DNA from: an uncultured bacterium
Lineage (GTDB): Bacteria; Eisenbacteria; RBG-16-71-46; JABDJR01; JAWXBZ01
Length of the DNA stretch: 64,000 nucleotides
Direction: 5' to 3'
NCBI GenBank assembly: GCA_964596775.1
Contig: CAZQVN010000004.1
Location: 29,638-93,637, forward strand
Shown here: piece after piece, positions 46,905 to 56,975 of the stretch
Numbering within the stretch: the first letter of the stretch is position 1
Layout: the number at the start of each line of letters is the position of its first letter
Notes under the pieces: model-generated
Database searches by the model: none
What the model was told of the DNA's origin: nothing
The model's input: the letters and a program-made list of their open reading frames with translations, nothing else
Made by a program: the position numbers and the translations under genes

Positions 46905-48845
46905 CTACTGCTTTTTCTTCCCCAGCCCCATCGGTTTCAGGAACGAATCCAGGAACGACACCTGTTTCCGGTATTCCGTGATCGTGTTGACGCGCTTGCC
47001 GGAACCGTGCCCCTCGTCCACGAAGATGAGCGAGTCCACGATTCCGCCGTTTTTCTGTATGGCCGCGATGATCTGCCGCGCCTCGCCGACCGGCACCCGG
47101 GGATCATTGGCTCCGTGAATCACGAGGAGCGGCGTCCTGATCCGGTCCGCCTTGTGGATCGGCGAAATGGACTTGAGGAACTCCGGATCGGACAGCGGGC
47201 CGTACTCCGCCTCGCGGAGCGCCCGGCGGTAGTCGGCGGTGTTCTCGAGGAACGTCTGGAAGTTCGCGATCCCCACGTTGTCGATCGCCGCGGACAGGAG
47301 GTCCGGGTACTCGGTGATCATCCCCAGCGCCACGTAGCCGCCGTAGGAGCCGCCGCGGATCCCGATCATCCCCTTCTTCGTGTACCCCTGCGCGATCAGC
47401 CAGTCCACGCAGGCCTTGTAGTCCTTGAGCGAGTCCTTGCGCTTCTTGTAATTGTCCAGGTTCAGATAATCGCGACCGTACCCGGAGGAACCGCGCGGGT
47501 TCGGGGCGAGGATGCCGTAGCCGTTCAGCATGAGGTACTGGAAGTTCCGGATGAAGTCCGGGTTGAACTGGCTTTCCGGGCCGCCGTGCGCGTCCACGAG
47601 AAACGGGACCGGCTCCCCCTTCCGGTAGTTCGGCGGCAGGTACAGGAACGCGGGCACCATGAGGCCGTCGAAGCTCCTGATGCGGACGAGCTGCGGCTCG
47701 CGGAACAGGTTCCGGTCGATCCCGGCGTAGATGGAAAACGTGAGCTGGGTGAGGTCGCCGGTGGCCGGGTTGTACCGCCAGACATCGGGCGCCCGGGTCG
47801 GCCCGGAAAATCCGAAGATGCAGGTGCCGTTCCGGTCCCAGAAGGCGCCGCCCGCCATGCCTTCGAGCGGCGGCGATGGAAGCGCCTTCATCGTGACGGC
47901 GTCACGGAGGCGAAGCCGGAAGTAACCGTCCTCGTTGAGCACCGCGGACATCCGCTTGAAGTCGCGGTCGAACGCGAAGCTCGCCACCTCCCAGCGCGGG
48001 TCGAGCCATCCGTCCTGGACGTACTCCACCTTCGGCGATCCCGCCGTCATCTTCGCCAGGCGGGCCATGCCGTCCTTGTTGTCGTTGCAGGTCAGCCAGA
48101 GCGTCGTGTTGTCCGGCATGAGATTGACGCTGGAGTAGGAGACGTCACCGGCGTCCTCGGTGAGCTTCTGCACGCCACGGGTGGCCAGGTCGACCAGGTA
48201 GAGGTCGTTGTTCACGTTGGACGTGGCGTTGCCGACGACGAGCTTTGTACCGTCGGAGGACAGGTCCGCGATGTAGTTGAATCCCTTGACCCCGTTCGTC
48301 TCGTCGAACACCGGCGTGGAAGTGCCCGTGGCCAGGTCGAGGCGGTAGATGAAGAAGTCCCTGCCGTTGGCCTCATTGGATCGATAAAAGATGGACGCGT
48401 CGTCGCGCGACCAGACCACGGAGCGGTACTGAACCTTCGGACGGTCCGTGAGCTGGCTCAACCGGCCGGTGGCCGTGTCCATCAGGTAGAGCTGCTCGTT
48501 CTCGTCGCCGCCCACCGAAGCGGACACGATCCCCCGTTTTCCGTCATGCGAGAGCTGAAATCCGCTGACGCCGTCCTCGAACGTGGTCAGCTGGTACGGC
48601 CAGCCGCTCTCGAGGAGCCGGTACACCTGCGAGGCTCCGGACATCGATGAGGTGAAGTACACGGCCCCGCCGTCGTGACTGTAGGCGGCCGGCACGCAGG
48701 CGCCGATGTTCAGGAACGTGCCGATGTCCGGAATGTAGGGGTCGCCCGACGCCGGATCGGCGGCGCGGGAGGGTCCCGGCGAAACCATGAACAGAACGGC
48801 GAGCGGAATCATCCGCAGGAGCCCGGGGAATGTCGTGAATTTCAT
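46905..48845 (-). CDS. S9 family serine peptidase (prolyl oligopeptidase / dipeptidyl-peptidase-like) with N-terminal beta-propeller and signal peptide
   Basis: Signal peptide from internal Met (MKFTTFPGLLRMIPLAVLFMVSPGPSRA, coordinate 48845). Catalytic elbow GIRGGSYGGY and a C-terminal alpha/beta-hydrolase region with LLVIHGANDPRV and a His near DEGHGSG. Confidence 0.8.
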   Translation of the reverse strand: MKFTTFPGLLRMIPLAVLFMVSPGPSRAADPASGDPYIPDIGTFLNIGACVPAAYSHDGGAVYFTSSMSGASQVYRLLESGWPYQLTTFEDGVSGFQLSHDGKRGIVSASVGGDENEQLYLMDTATGRLSQLTDRPKVQYRSVVWSRDDASIFYRSNEANGRDFFIYRLDLATGTSTPVFDETNGVKGFNYIADLSSDGTKLVVGNATSNVNNDLYLVDLATRGVQKLTEDAGDVSYSSVNLMPDNTTLWLTCNDNKDGMARLAKMTAGSPKVEYVQDGWLDPRWEVASFAFDRDFKRMSAVLNEDGYFRLRLRDAVTMKALPSPPLEGMAGGAFWDRNGTCIFGFSGPTRAPDVWRYNPATGDLTQLTFSIYAGIDRNLFREPQLVRIRSFDGLMVPAFLYLPPNYRKGEPVPFLVDAHGGPESQFNPDFIRNFQYLMLNGYGILAPNPRGSSGYGRDYLNLDNYKKRKDSLKDYKACVDWLIAQGYTKKGMIGIRGGSYGGYVALGMITEYPDLLSAAIDNVGIANFQTFLENTADYRRALREAEYGPLSDPEFLKSISPIHKADRIRTPLLVIHGANDPRVPVGEARQIIAAIQKNGGIVDSLIFVDEGHGSGKRVNTITEYRKQVSFLDSFLKPMGLGKKKQ

Positions 48846-49102
48846 GTCACTCTCCAGTGGACGGTGAGCACGGTACGGGCGGCCGGAAGATCGGTGAGGG
48901 GATTCTAGCCGAGCGCCGGGCGGGGACCAAACCCTGGAGACGGGGCGCGCGGATCGAACCCGACGATCCGTCTGAACCGGCCCCGGCCACCACGTTACGA
49001 CGTGCACGGTCAACCCGGCGTGACCCGGTCCTGCTCGGTCTTTTTTTCCGAATAAGCAAAAAACGTCGTGACATTTTTTGCTTTCAGGCATATTCTGTCA
49101 CC

Positions 49103-50275
49103 ATGATTCACAGGCGCATCGAGGCCGCGATCGCGGAGGACCTCCAGTCGAAGATGGTTTTTCTGGCCGGTCCCCGCCAGGTGGGAAAGACCACCCTGGC
49201 CAGACAGATCCTTGCCTCCGCGGACGCCGGGGGCTACTTCAACTGGGACAACCGCGAGGATCGCAAGGAGATCCGCGCCACGCGCTGGCCCGGTGGGGAG
49301 GCCCTGGTCGTTCTGGATGAACTGCACAAGTGGCGGGGTTGGAAGCGATGGATCAAGGGTGAGTACGACAAGCACCACCCGCGGCTCCGGTTTCTGGTGA
49401 CCGGGAGCGCACGCCTCGACGTTTACCGGCGGGGCGGCGATTCCCTGCAGGGCCGGTACCGTCACTATCGACTTCACCCCTTGACCTGTGCGGAAGTTCA
49501 GGGCCCTGAGCCGGACACGGCCCCAGTGCCGGGAGAGGAGATCCAGGTACCCCGCCGTGGATCGTCCGAAGCCCTGGAAGCCCTGCTGCGGTTCGGTGGT
49601 TTCCCGGAGCCCTGGATCGCCCAGTCAGCGAGAGCTCATCGTCGCTGGCAGAAGGATCGACTGGATCGCTTCTTCCGCGAGGACGTCCGGGACCTGGAGT
49701 CGATCCGCGACCTCTCCACGATCCAGGATCTGGCTGATCTCCTGCCCGAGCGCGTGGCGGCGCCGCTCTCGCTGAACTCCCTCCGCGAGGATCTCGAATC
49801 GAGCCATCGGGCCCTGACCCATTGGATGGAGATCCTGGACCGGCTCTACTTCTCGTTCCGCATTCGTCCCTTCGGCACACCGCGGGCGCGAACGCTCCGA
49901 AAGATGCCGAAAGCCTATCTCTGGGACTGGAGTCTTGTTGAGAACCCCGGTCCCCGCTTCGAGAACCTGGTTGCTCTCCACCTGCTCAAGCTCTGTCACG
50001 ACCTCGTCGACCGCGAGGGCCACGAGGTCGACCTGACTTATGTGCGGGACCGTTCCGGCCGCGAGACGGACTTCCTGGTCAGGTGGCGACGGAAACCATG
50101 GTTCGCGGTCGAGGCAAAGATCTCCGGGACCAGGATCGACCCTTCCCTGGCGCATTTCCGCGATCGGCTGGGCGTCCCGCATGCGTATCAGGTGGTTCTG
50201 GAAGGCACGCGGGACTTCGTTGAGAACGGGATCCGGGTTGTTCCGGCGCACCGGTTTCTGGCCGCGCTGATGTGA
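49103..50275 (+). CDS. AAA-family ATPase with DUF4143-type C-terminal domain
   Basis: Start MIHRRIEAAIAEDL. Walker A is LAGPRQVGKTTLARQI and Walker B is VVLDELHKW. The C-terminal region resembles the DUF4143 'ATPase, archaeal-type' family. Confidence 0.65.
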   Translation: MIHRRIEAAIAEDLQSKMVFLAGPRQVGKTTLARQILASADAGGYFNWDNREDRKEIRATRWPGGEALVVLDELHKWRGWKRWIKGEYDKHHPRLRFLVTGSARLDVYRRGGDSLQGRYRHYRLHPLTCAEVQGPEPDTAPVPGEEIQVPRRGSSEALEALLRFGGFPEPWIAQSARAHRRWQKDRLDRFFREDVRDLESIRDLSTIQDLADLLPERVAAPLSLNSLREDLESSHRALTHWMEILDRLYFSFRIRPFGTPRARTLRKMPKAYLWDWSLVENPGPRFENLVALHLLKLCHDLVDREGHEVDLTYVRDRSGRETDFLVRWRRKPWFAVEAKISGTRIDPSLAHFRDRLGVPHAYQVVLEGTRDFVENGIRVVPAHRFLAALM

Positions 50276-50276
50276 C

Positions 50277-51560
50277 CTACTTGACCCTCCGGATCACGAT
50301 CAGCGTCATGTCGTCTCCCTGCGCCTGCCCCTGCCCGTGGGCCCGCGCCGCGTCGAGGATCCCCGCGAGCACGGAGTCCGCGCTCTCGCCCCGCCTCCGG
50401 CACGCTTCGTTGACCAGACCGGCCTCGCCGAACTCGCCGCCGTCCGGATCGAACACCTCGGTGATGCCGTCGGAGTAGAGCACGAGCAGGTCGCCGGGTT
50501 CGAGATCCACGGCGGCCTCCTCGTAACCGGACTCTTCCCGCACGCCGAGCACGAGGCCTCCGGCCGCCAGGCGTTCGTGACCTCCGTTCCGGAACAGGAT
50601 CGGGTGATCGTGCCCCGCGTTCGAGTAGACGAACCGGTGCGCCGACGTGTCGAGCACCCCGTAGACGCAGGTGGCGAACCGGTCGGTGCGGGTACTGCGG
50701 TAGAGGAGCGTGTTCGAGCGACGCAGGCACTCCGCCGGGCCGGCAGCCAGGAGCGTCTGGCCGCGGATCGTGGCCTGGAGGTTCGCCATGAGCAGGGCGG
50801 CGGGCATCCCCTTTCCGGTGATGTCCGCGAGGCAGACCGCGCTGCGGCCTTCCTCCACGGCGATGAAGTCGTAGTAGTCCCCGCCGACGCTCCGGGCGGG
50901 TTCGGCGTACGCGGCGATCTCGTACCCCGGGTGCGCGGGCACGGCGCTCGGCAGCAGGTTCTGCTGGATGTCCCGGGCCAGGCGCAGCTCCTCCTGGATC
51001 CGGATCATGGCCTGCTCCTCCTCGAACCTCCGGCGCTGGAGAACGGAATTTTCGATGGCCACCGCCGCCTGCGACGCGAGGACGTCGGCGAGTTTCAGGT
51101 CCCCCGCCGTGAACAGGCTCCCCGCGCCGTTCCGGCCGACGCAGAGAAGGCCGTAAACGGCGGTTTCCGTCCGGAGCACGGAACAGAGGAGCGACTCCGG
51201 GACCGCGGCGCCGGTCATGCCGAGTTCGGTAGCCGGAGAGTAGAAGACGCGCGACCGCCCGGCGGTGATGACGTCGCGGAACGGTCCTGAGCCGAGCCGC
51301 CGCACCATCTCCGGATCGGCGTTCTCCATGACCTCTTCGAACGCGGCGGAACTCTCCGTGGGCACGACCCATCCCGTGCCGGCCTCGAAGATGTCCAGCG
51401 CTTCCCTGAGAATCAGGGCCGCGCTCTTTCCGGCGTCGAGATTCGTCATGAGCCCGCGCGACAGCCGGTAGATCAGGTCGAGTTCCTCGTAGCACTCGAG
51501 CAGGTTCTTCGTCAGGCTGTCGATGCTCTTCCGTGCCGCATCAGGCGTTGGATCCGCCAC
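50277..51560 (-). CDS. GAF-domain-containing PP2C-family (SpoIIE/RsbU-like) protein phosphatase
   Basis: GAF-like N-terminal half, then a PP2C catalytic half with GGDYYDF, ADITGKGMPAALLMA, LVLYSDGITE and a C-terminal DD...MTLIVIR motif. Confidence 0.8.
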   Translation of the reverse strand: MADPTPDAARKSIDSLTKNLLECYEELDLIYRLSRGLMTNLDAGKSAALILREALDIFEAGTGWVVPTESSAAFEEVMENADPEMVRRLGSGPFRDVITAGRSRVFYSPATELGMTGAAVPESLLCSVLRTETAVYGLLCVGRNGAGSLFTAGDLKLADVLASQAAVAIENSVLQRRRFEEEQAMIRIQEELRLARDIQQNLLPSAVPAHPGYEIAAYAEPARSVGGDYYDFIAVEEGRSAVCLADITGKGMPAALLMANLQATIRGQTLLAAGPAECLRRSNTLLYRSTRTDRFATCVYGVLDTSAHRFVYSNAGHDHPILFRNGGHERLAAGGLVLGVREESGYEEAAVDLEPGDLLVLYSDGITEVFDPDGGEFGEAGLVNEACRRRGESADSVLAGILDAARAHGQGQAQGDDMTLIVIRRVK

Positions 51561-51587
51561 CCGTCCCTCCTCGGGTCGCGGCGTCGC

Positions 51588-51968
51588 TCAGGACGCCGCG
51601 CCTCCTCCCAGTACATCCAGCAGCTTGGCCCTCATCTTCCGCGGGCTGAACGGCTTCGTCATGAACTCGTCCGCCCCCATCTCCATGGCCCGCCGCTCGT
51701 CCTCCTCCTGACCGCGGGCGGTCAGGATCACCACGTAGGCGCCGCGCGTTTCCGGATCCCCCTTCAACTGCCGGCAGACTTCCTCGCCCGACATCCGCGG
51801 CATCATGATGTCGAGGAAGACCAGGTCCGGCTTTTCGCGGCGGGCCACGCTCAGGGCTTCCTCCCCGTCCTCCGCGGTCACGACCTCGAACCCCGCCTTT
51901 CGGACAACGTAGGAGACGGATTCCACGATGTAGGGCTCGTCGTCGCAGACAAGCACTTTCTTAGACAT
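51588..51968 (-). CDS. single-domain response regulator (CheY-like receiver)
   Basis: VLVCDDEPYIV...DLVFLDIMMPRMSGEEV...ILTARG...GADEFMTKPF carries the canonical receiver residues (DD, D, T, K). It overlaps the kinase gene's stop by 8 nt. Confidence 0.85.
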   Translation of the reverse strand: MSKKVLVCDDEPYIVESVSYVVRKAGFEVVTAEDGEEALSVARREKPDLVFLDIMMPRMSGEEVCRQLKGDPETRGAYVVILTARGQEEDERRAMEMGADEFMTKPFSPRKMRAKLLDVLGGGAAS

Positions 51969-54540
51969 GATCCCCCTCCTCCGTCGCTTCCCCGTGCTCC
52001 GGCGCGTCCGTTTCGGCCTTCGCGGCCAGGGGAAGCGTGATGTGGAACGTCGCTCCGTTCCCGAATTCGCTTTCGGCCCAGATCCGGCCGCCGTGATGCT
52101 CCACGATCTCGCGGCTGATCGCCAGACCGAGGCCGGTGCCCCCCTTGACCCTCGACTTCGAGGAATCGACCTGGGAGAACCGGTCGAACACCTTTTCCAG
52201 CTCCGCGGCCTGGATGCCCGGCCCGTGATCCCGGACCGTCAGGTTGACGATCCGCTTTCCGTTGCCGGCCAGGCTTTCCTCCCTGCAGGCGATGTGGATC
52301 GCGTTGCCGGGGTCGGACACCTTGGCGGCGTTGTGGAGCACGTTCGTCAGCACTTCCTGGATGCGGTCCTCGTCGGCGAACACGGTGGCGTCGCCGCACG
52401 AGAGGTTCCGGTCGAGCGTCAATCCCTTCTCGTTGAACAGCGGCAGCAGCCCGTCCAGCGCGGAATCCACGACGCGGCGCACCGGGAACTCGGACTTTCT
52501 CCAGACCATCCGGCGCGACTCGATCCGCGACAGGTCGAGCAGGTTCTTGATGAGCCGGCCGAGGCGGTCGCTCTCGGAATTGATGATCCGCAGGAACCGC
52601 TTCTTCTCCTCGGAGACGTCGCCGGCTTCCGCCTCGTCGAGCAGGATCTCGGCGAACGCCTTGATGGAGGTCAGCGGCGTCTTGAATTCATGGGAGACGG
52701 TGGCGAGGAAGTTGGACTTGAGCCTGTCGAGCTCCTTGAGATCGCGGTTGGCCGCGTTCAGCGCCTCGTTCAGCGCCTCGAGTTCCCGGGTCCGCTGGTG
52801 GACGCGGTCCTCGAGCGTCCGGTTCAGGGCGTCGAGTTCTGCGGCGGATCGCTCGCGCTGCGAGATGCTCTCGCGCAGCGACTCGCGCATCGTGTTGAAC
52901 GTTTCGGCCAGCGTCTGGATCTCGTCGTGCGTGGACACGCGGATCGGGTGCTCGAGGTTGCCCCGGGCAATGCTCCGGGCGCCGGCGGTGACCACGTTGA
53001 CGGACTGCGAGATCCGTCCGCTGGCGAAGATGAGCACGACCGCAGCCATGAACAGGCCGAGACCGGACACGAAGAGGTTGATCAACCCGGCCGAGCGGGC
53101 TTCGCTCTCGAACTCCCGCGGGCTGGACACCGCGATGATCTTCCAGGGAACGCCGCCGACATCGAGAACCGACGCGAGGCGGGCGCCGCCCACCGGCTGC
53201 CACGGCGCGCCCCCGGATCCGGATTTGGCGCCATCGGCCACCCGGAAGAGATCGGCGTCGACCAGGCTCAGGTCCCGGCCGGTCAGGCCGGGCCGCGAGT
53301 GGTAGAGGAGTTCGCCGGTCTCGGAGTTGACGACCATCAGCTCCCCTTTCTCGCCGAACGCGCGCGAAGCCAGGTCGTCGGGAAAGAGATGGTCCGCCCG
53401 CAGCCGGGCCACCATCGCGCCGGGACGCCCCGCGCCGTCCCGCGTGTGCACCGGCCGCACGATGCTGAGCGCCGGCGGCCGGTCCGGGCCGGCGCGCTCC
53501 ACCAGGACGCGGTAGTCCGCGCCGGTCAATGTCGATGCCGCCTTCGCCGCCCTCCTGTCGTCGTCGGAGAACGACGGCCAGGGGAGCAGCGGCCGGGGCG
53601 TGCGGTACACGGGAGGCTCCGGAACCTCCGGCGCGTTGGGGAAGAAGATCCGCAGTTCCTCGATCGCCGTGGTCATTTCCTCGATGGCCCGCCGGGATGT
53701 TTCGTCCAGATCCTTGTCCCGCGAGCGACGCTCCACCTCCAGCAGCGTCTCCAGTGCCTGCCGCTTGTTCCAGCGGTTGCCCCGGGCTTCGACGATCGCC
53801 TCCTTGATCGTCTGCCGCATGGTTTCCGGATTCATGTCGGCGAACCTGGACCAGTCGAAGTCCGTACCCACGACGAATTTCTGCACCCTTTCACCGCCCG
53901 CCTCGTGAACCGAGTCGCGGACCTCGATCGTGAAGCGCCTGGCTTCGGAGGCGGCGCGTTTTCCGGACGCGCCCGCTTTCGATTTCGACCGGGTCACCAC
54001 CGGCGGAGCGGGAGGCTCGGGCACCGCGGGATGACCGGAAAACGCCGCGTGGCCGGCGTGCGCCGCGGAGGGGTGCGGGGCGTGCGACGCATGCGCCCCG
54101 TGCGCCGCCGTCGCAACCGGTGCCGGCCCGGGAGTCGTCAGCCCTTCGCGGCGATCGTACTTGAAGACGGGTTTCCCTTCGGCGTCCGCGAGGATGATGC
54201 CGTCGTAGAACGCGCCGTACTGCTCGAACAGCTCCGGCACATAGTTGGACAGGCGGGTCAGCGCGGCGTGGCGTTCCGCCGGAGCGGCATTGAGCGATTC
54301 CAGGTAGTCCACGACCGGTTCGTTCTGGACCAGCAGATCGTCCTTGATGCGCCGCCCGACCTTCACGTTCAGGTCGTCGAGGACCGACGCGGCGATCCGC
54401 TCCGTGCGGTTGCCGACCATCTGTTCCACGGCCTTCAGGGAGTTGAAGTAGGAGATCAGGCTGAGCGCGCTGATCGGCAGCACGGCCGCCACGATGAAGA
54501 TGGCGAGAAGCTTGGCCCGTATGGACCGGAACGGGATCAT
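51961..54540 (-). CDS. sensor histidine kinase with large N-terminal sensing region, HAMP, HisKA and HATPase_c
   Basis: TM1 lies in MIPFRSIRAKLLAIFIVAAVLPISALSLISYF; the start at the internal Met is chosen to avoid overlap with the upstream gene. A second TM is followed by a HAMP domain. H-box ATVSHEFKTPLTSI, then N, G1 and G2 boxes (NVLHNAAKV, DHGPGI, GGTGLGLAI). A His/Ala-rich low-complexity insert is AAHGAHASHAPHPSAAHAGHAAF. Confidence 0.8.
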   Translation of the reverse strand: MIPFRSIRAKLLAIFIVAAVLPISALSLISYFNSLKAVEQMVGNRTERIAASVLDDLNVKVGRRIKDDLLVQNEPVVDYLESLNAAPAERHAALTRLSNYVPELFEQYGAFYDGIILADAEGKPVFKYDRREGLTTPGPAPVATAAHGAHASHAPHPSAAHAGHAAFSGHPAVPEPPAPPVVTRSKSKAGASGKRAASEARRFTIEVRDSVHEAGGERVQKFVVGTDFDWSRFADMNPETMRQTIKEAIVEARGNRWNKRQALETLLEVERRSRDKDLDETSRRAIEEMTTAIEELRIFFPNAPEVPEPPVYRTPRPLLPWPSFSDDDRRAAKAASTLTGADYRVLVERAGPDRPPALSIVRPVHTRDGAGRPGAMVARLRADHLFPDDLASRAFGEKGELMVVNSETGELLYHSRPGLTGRDLSLVDADLFRVADGAKSGSGGAPWQPVGGARLASVLDVGGVPWKIIAVSSPREFESEARSAGLINLFVSGLGLFMAAVVLIFASGRISQSVNVVTAGARSIARGNLEHPIRVSTHDEIQTLAETFNTMRESLRESISQRERSAAELDALNRTLEDRVHQRTRELEALNEALNAANRDLKELDRLKSNFLATVSHEFKTPLTSIKAFAEILLDEAEAGDVSEEKKRFLRIINSESDRLGRLIKNLLDLSRIESRRMVWRKSEFPVRRVVDSALDGLLPLFNEKGLTLDRNLSCGDATVFADEDRIQEVLTNVLHNAAKVSDPGNAIHIACREESLAGNGKRIVNLTVRDHGPGIQAAELEKVFDRFSQVDSSKSRVKGGTGLGLAISREIVEHHGGRIWAESEFGNGATFHITLPLAAKAETDAPEHGEATEEGDHV

Positions 54541-54547
54541 GTTGACT

Positions 54548-54949
54548 TCAGCTACCGTCCGAGAGACGGCCATCGAGGGGAACGTCGAGAATCGTCACCC
54601 GGAGAGCCCCGATCCGGCTCAGCCAGTCGGTAACGGCGGCCACGGCCTCGAGGGACGCCCGGGACACCTCGACCGCGCACTCCCGTTCCGCGCGGGCCAC
54701 CTCCACGGTGATGTCCTTGAGCAGCAGAACGGCGCTCCTGACGACCCGCGAGCGCACCGCGCAGCGGTCGTGCCGGTCGGAACGCTCCGCGGCCGGAAGA
54801 GGTGGAACCGCAAGACAGAGTATCAGGGCGGCACTCAGCACGGCGGACAACGCCACCCGGGCCGGGACCCGCCGGAGGAACCGGCCGCCGTGCCGCGAGG
54901 CCCCCCGGACCGGACCCGGATTCGGTGTCGGACGACGGGAAGTGTTCAC
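54548..54949 (-). CDS. small single-pass membrane protein (hypothetical) in the signalling operon
   Basis: 133 aa with TM helix VALSAVLSAALILCLAV. It is packed tightly between the TolB-like gene (stop 54950) and the histidine-kinase start (54540). Coding-like GC3. Confidence 0.35.
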   Translation of the reverse strand: MNTSRRPTPNPGPVRGASRHGGRFLRRVPARVALSAVLSAALILCLAVPPLPAAERSDRHDRCAVRSRVVRSAVLLLKDITVEVARAERECAVEVSRASLEAVAAVTDWLSRIGALRVTILDVPLDGRLSDGS

Positions 54950-56851
54950 TCAGCGCCCCCTTTCGGCCAGAAGGTTCGTCTCGATCAGTTCCGCCACCCT
55001 CTTCAGGTGGATCTCGGCCACCTCGTCGCCGTCGGCAAAGGCGACCTGGTTTCCGGGGAACAGACAGGTGACGTGTTTCCGCCCTTCTTCGTTCAGGTCG
55101 ATGAATCGGCTCTTTCCGGAATCGTCGCGCAGCTCGCAGCCGAGGTCGGTTTCCCGGCCCGTGGCCAGGTCCATGGCCGTCAGGCAGTAGAGGCCGTCGC
55201 GATCCTTCCCGAGGAGGATCCCGGTGCCGTCCTTCGTCCACCCCATCGGGTAGCAGAACGACCGGGCCTGGACGACCCGCTCGAAGCGGTCCGGCCGCGA
55301 CATGCTCGTCCGCCAGATCTCGAAGACTTCGTCCGGGCGGACGGACAGGTACACCATGTCGTCGGAATTCGGAGCCCAGACAATGATCTCGTTGACTCCG
55401 CCGGACTGCGTGCTGACCTGCCGGGCCAGCCCGCCGTTCGCCGGGATCCAGTACACCTGCGTTTCCCCGCCCGCGGTCATCGTGTAGCCGATGTAGCGGC
55501 CGTCCGGAGACCACGACGGGAGGATCTTTCCGCCGGAACCCGCCGTCACCTGGACCGGCGTTCCGCCGTCCACGGCCACCCGGTAGATGTTCACGTTGCC
55601 GGTCCCGTCGTCGGCGGAGAACGCCACTTCGCGGGAGTCGGGCGACCAGTGGAACAGCCCGTACTCCTGTCCGCTGATCACCAGGCCGGCCAGGTCCAGG
55701 CGCCGGGCATCCTCGCCGTTGCCGTCCGTGGACTGGACGTAGAGCGCGGGCCCGGCCGCCCGCTCGGGCGTGTTCGGTTCCAGCCGGATGAACAGGAGCC
55801 GGCTCCCGTCCGGGGAGACCATCGGGGCGAGATCCCTGCCCGGCCCCCGGGTGACCTGCCGGCTTTCGTGGGTGATCGGGTCGCCGAGATGGATGTGGGA
55901 GGACCGCGTGACCCGGGAGTAGGCCAGCCACTCGCCGTCGGGGGACCACGAAGGGCTCACGGCTTCGTCGGCGCCGCTCGTCACCTGGAACGAGCGCGTG
56001 GTGATCGAGTCGAAGATCCAGATGTCGGCGGGTCCGTTGCGGTCGGTGGAATACGCGAGATAACGCTGGTCGGGAGACCAAGAGGGGTAGCGGTTGAGCC
56101 CCGCCGGAAGCGGGATCGGAACGACCTCGGAGGAACCGGGGGTCCAGATGGAAATCACGCTCGACGGGGCCTGGAACGTGGGGCGGGCCACGCCGGTGAT
56201 CTTCCCGGCGCCGGGGCCGAAACAGCCGTCCTCCTCCCAGCCCGGAGTGCCGGCGAGCATCACCGGTGTCGGGTCGTTGTGACGCAGGATGCCGAGATCG
56301 CGGTTGTCTCCGCTGAACTTCGCGAACAGGAACTGTCGTTCCGACCGGGAGTAGTCGCAGACATGCGACAGCGGCGGCCGGTCGATCGATTCGAGGATGT
56401 TTCCGTCCAGCGTGACGTGGAGCAGGCGGTCTTCCTTGATCGCGTTCACGAACAGCGATCGCCCGTCTTCCGCCCAGCCGAGGGCGACCATCGCCACCGT
56501 GTCGGGCGGCACGCGCACCGGCTCGCCTCCCTCGGGGCGGATCAGGAAGACGCCGAACTGGCCGCGCTCCCGGGAGACCTGGGCGGTGTAGGCGATCCAT
56601 TTTCCGTCGGGGGAAAAGTGAGGCCCCATGTTCTTTCCGGAATCGTGGGTGAGCGGTCGGTCCTCGGTCTGCGCCTCGGCGGGAGACTTCCGCGCGCAGG
56701 CGTTCAGGAACAGCGCGGCGGCGGCCAGTGAAACCAGGACGGCGGTTGCGGCCCGTCGACGGAGCCCCCCCGGCCGCGCGGCGCCGTGAGCGGCGGGGAT
56801 GGCGGAAGGGTTGCCCCGCAGTGGGGATCGGATGTTCCTGAGGGGTGTCAC
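54950..56851 (-). CDS. TolB-like periplasmic beta-propeller lipoprotein (PD40/WD40-like repeats)
   Basis: Repeated SWSPDG/HWSPDS/VSPDGS PD40 motifs throughout. Lipobox LFLNAC is preceded by a twin-arginine-like GLRRRAAT. There is no in-frame ATG upstream of the signal peptide; the proposed start is GTG at 56851, and an alternative GTG lies at 56899. A G7 homopolymer (C7 on the plus strand, 56765-56771) sits inside the signal-peptide coding region. Confidence 0.6.
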   Translation of the reverse strand: MTPLRNIRSPLRGNPSAIPAAHGAARPGGLRRRAATAVLVSLAAAALFLNACARKSPAEAQTEDRPLTHDSGKNMGPHFSPDGKWIAYTAQVSRERGQFGVFLIRPEGGEPVRVPPDTVAMVALGWAEDGRSLFVNAIKEDRLLHVTLDGNILESIDRPPLSHVCDYSRSERQFLFAKFSGDNRDLGILRHNDPTPVMLAGTPGWEEDGCFGPGAGKITGVARPTFQAPSSVISIWTPGSSEVVPIPLPAGLNRYPSWSPDQRYLAYSTDRNGPADIWIFDSITTRSFQVTSGADEAVSPSWSPDGEWLAYSRVTRSSHIHLGDPITHESRQVTRGPGRDLAPMVSPDGSRLLFIRLEPNTPERAAGPALYVQSTDGNGEDARRLDLAGLVISGQEYGLFHWSPDSREVAFSADDGTGNVNIYRVAVDGGTPVQVTAGSGGKILPSWSPDGRYIGYTMTAGGETQVYWIPANGGLARQVSTQSGGVNEIIVWAPNSDDMVYLSVRPDEVFEIWRTSMSRPDRFERVVQARSFCYPMGWTKDGTGILLGKDRDGLYCLTAMDLATGRETDLGCELRDDSGKSRFIDLNEEGRKHVTCLFPGNQVAFADGDEVAEIHLKRVAELIETNLLAERGR

Positions 56852-56958
56852 CAGGCTACCTCGTTCTCTTGGGGACCCGTTGCCGGAAATGTCAGGCACG
56901 TGGCAACCGAGGTCGCCGACGCGCGGCCAGGCGCTGTTCGTGTCGTATCCCGAGCAAT

Positions 56959-56975
56959 TTGCAATGTTCGTGCCC
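56959..56975 (-). promoter_or_regulatory. sigma-54 (RpoN) -24/-12 promoter: GGGCACG-AACA-TTGCA on the minus strand
   Basis: Reverse complement of 56959-56975 reads GGGCACGAACATTGCAA, against the consensus TGGCACG-N4-TTGCA. The GG/GC spacing is exact. It lies in an AT-rich leader directly downstream of the sigma-54 activator gene and about 100 nt upstream of the proposed TolB-like start. Confidence 0.6.
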
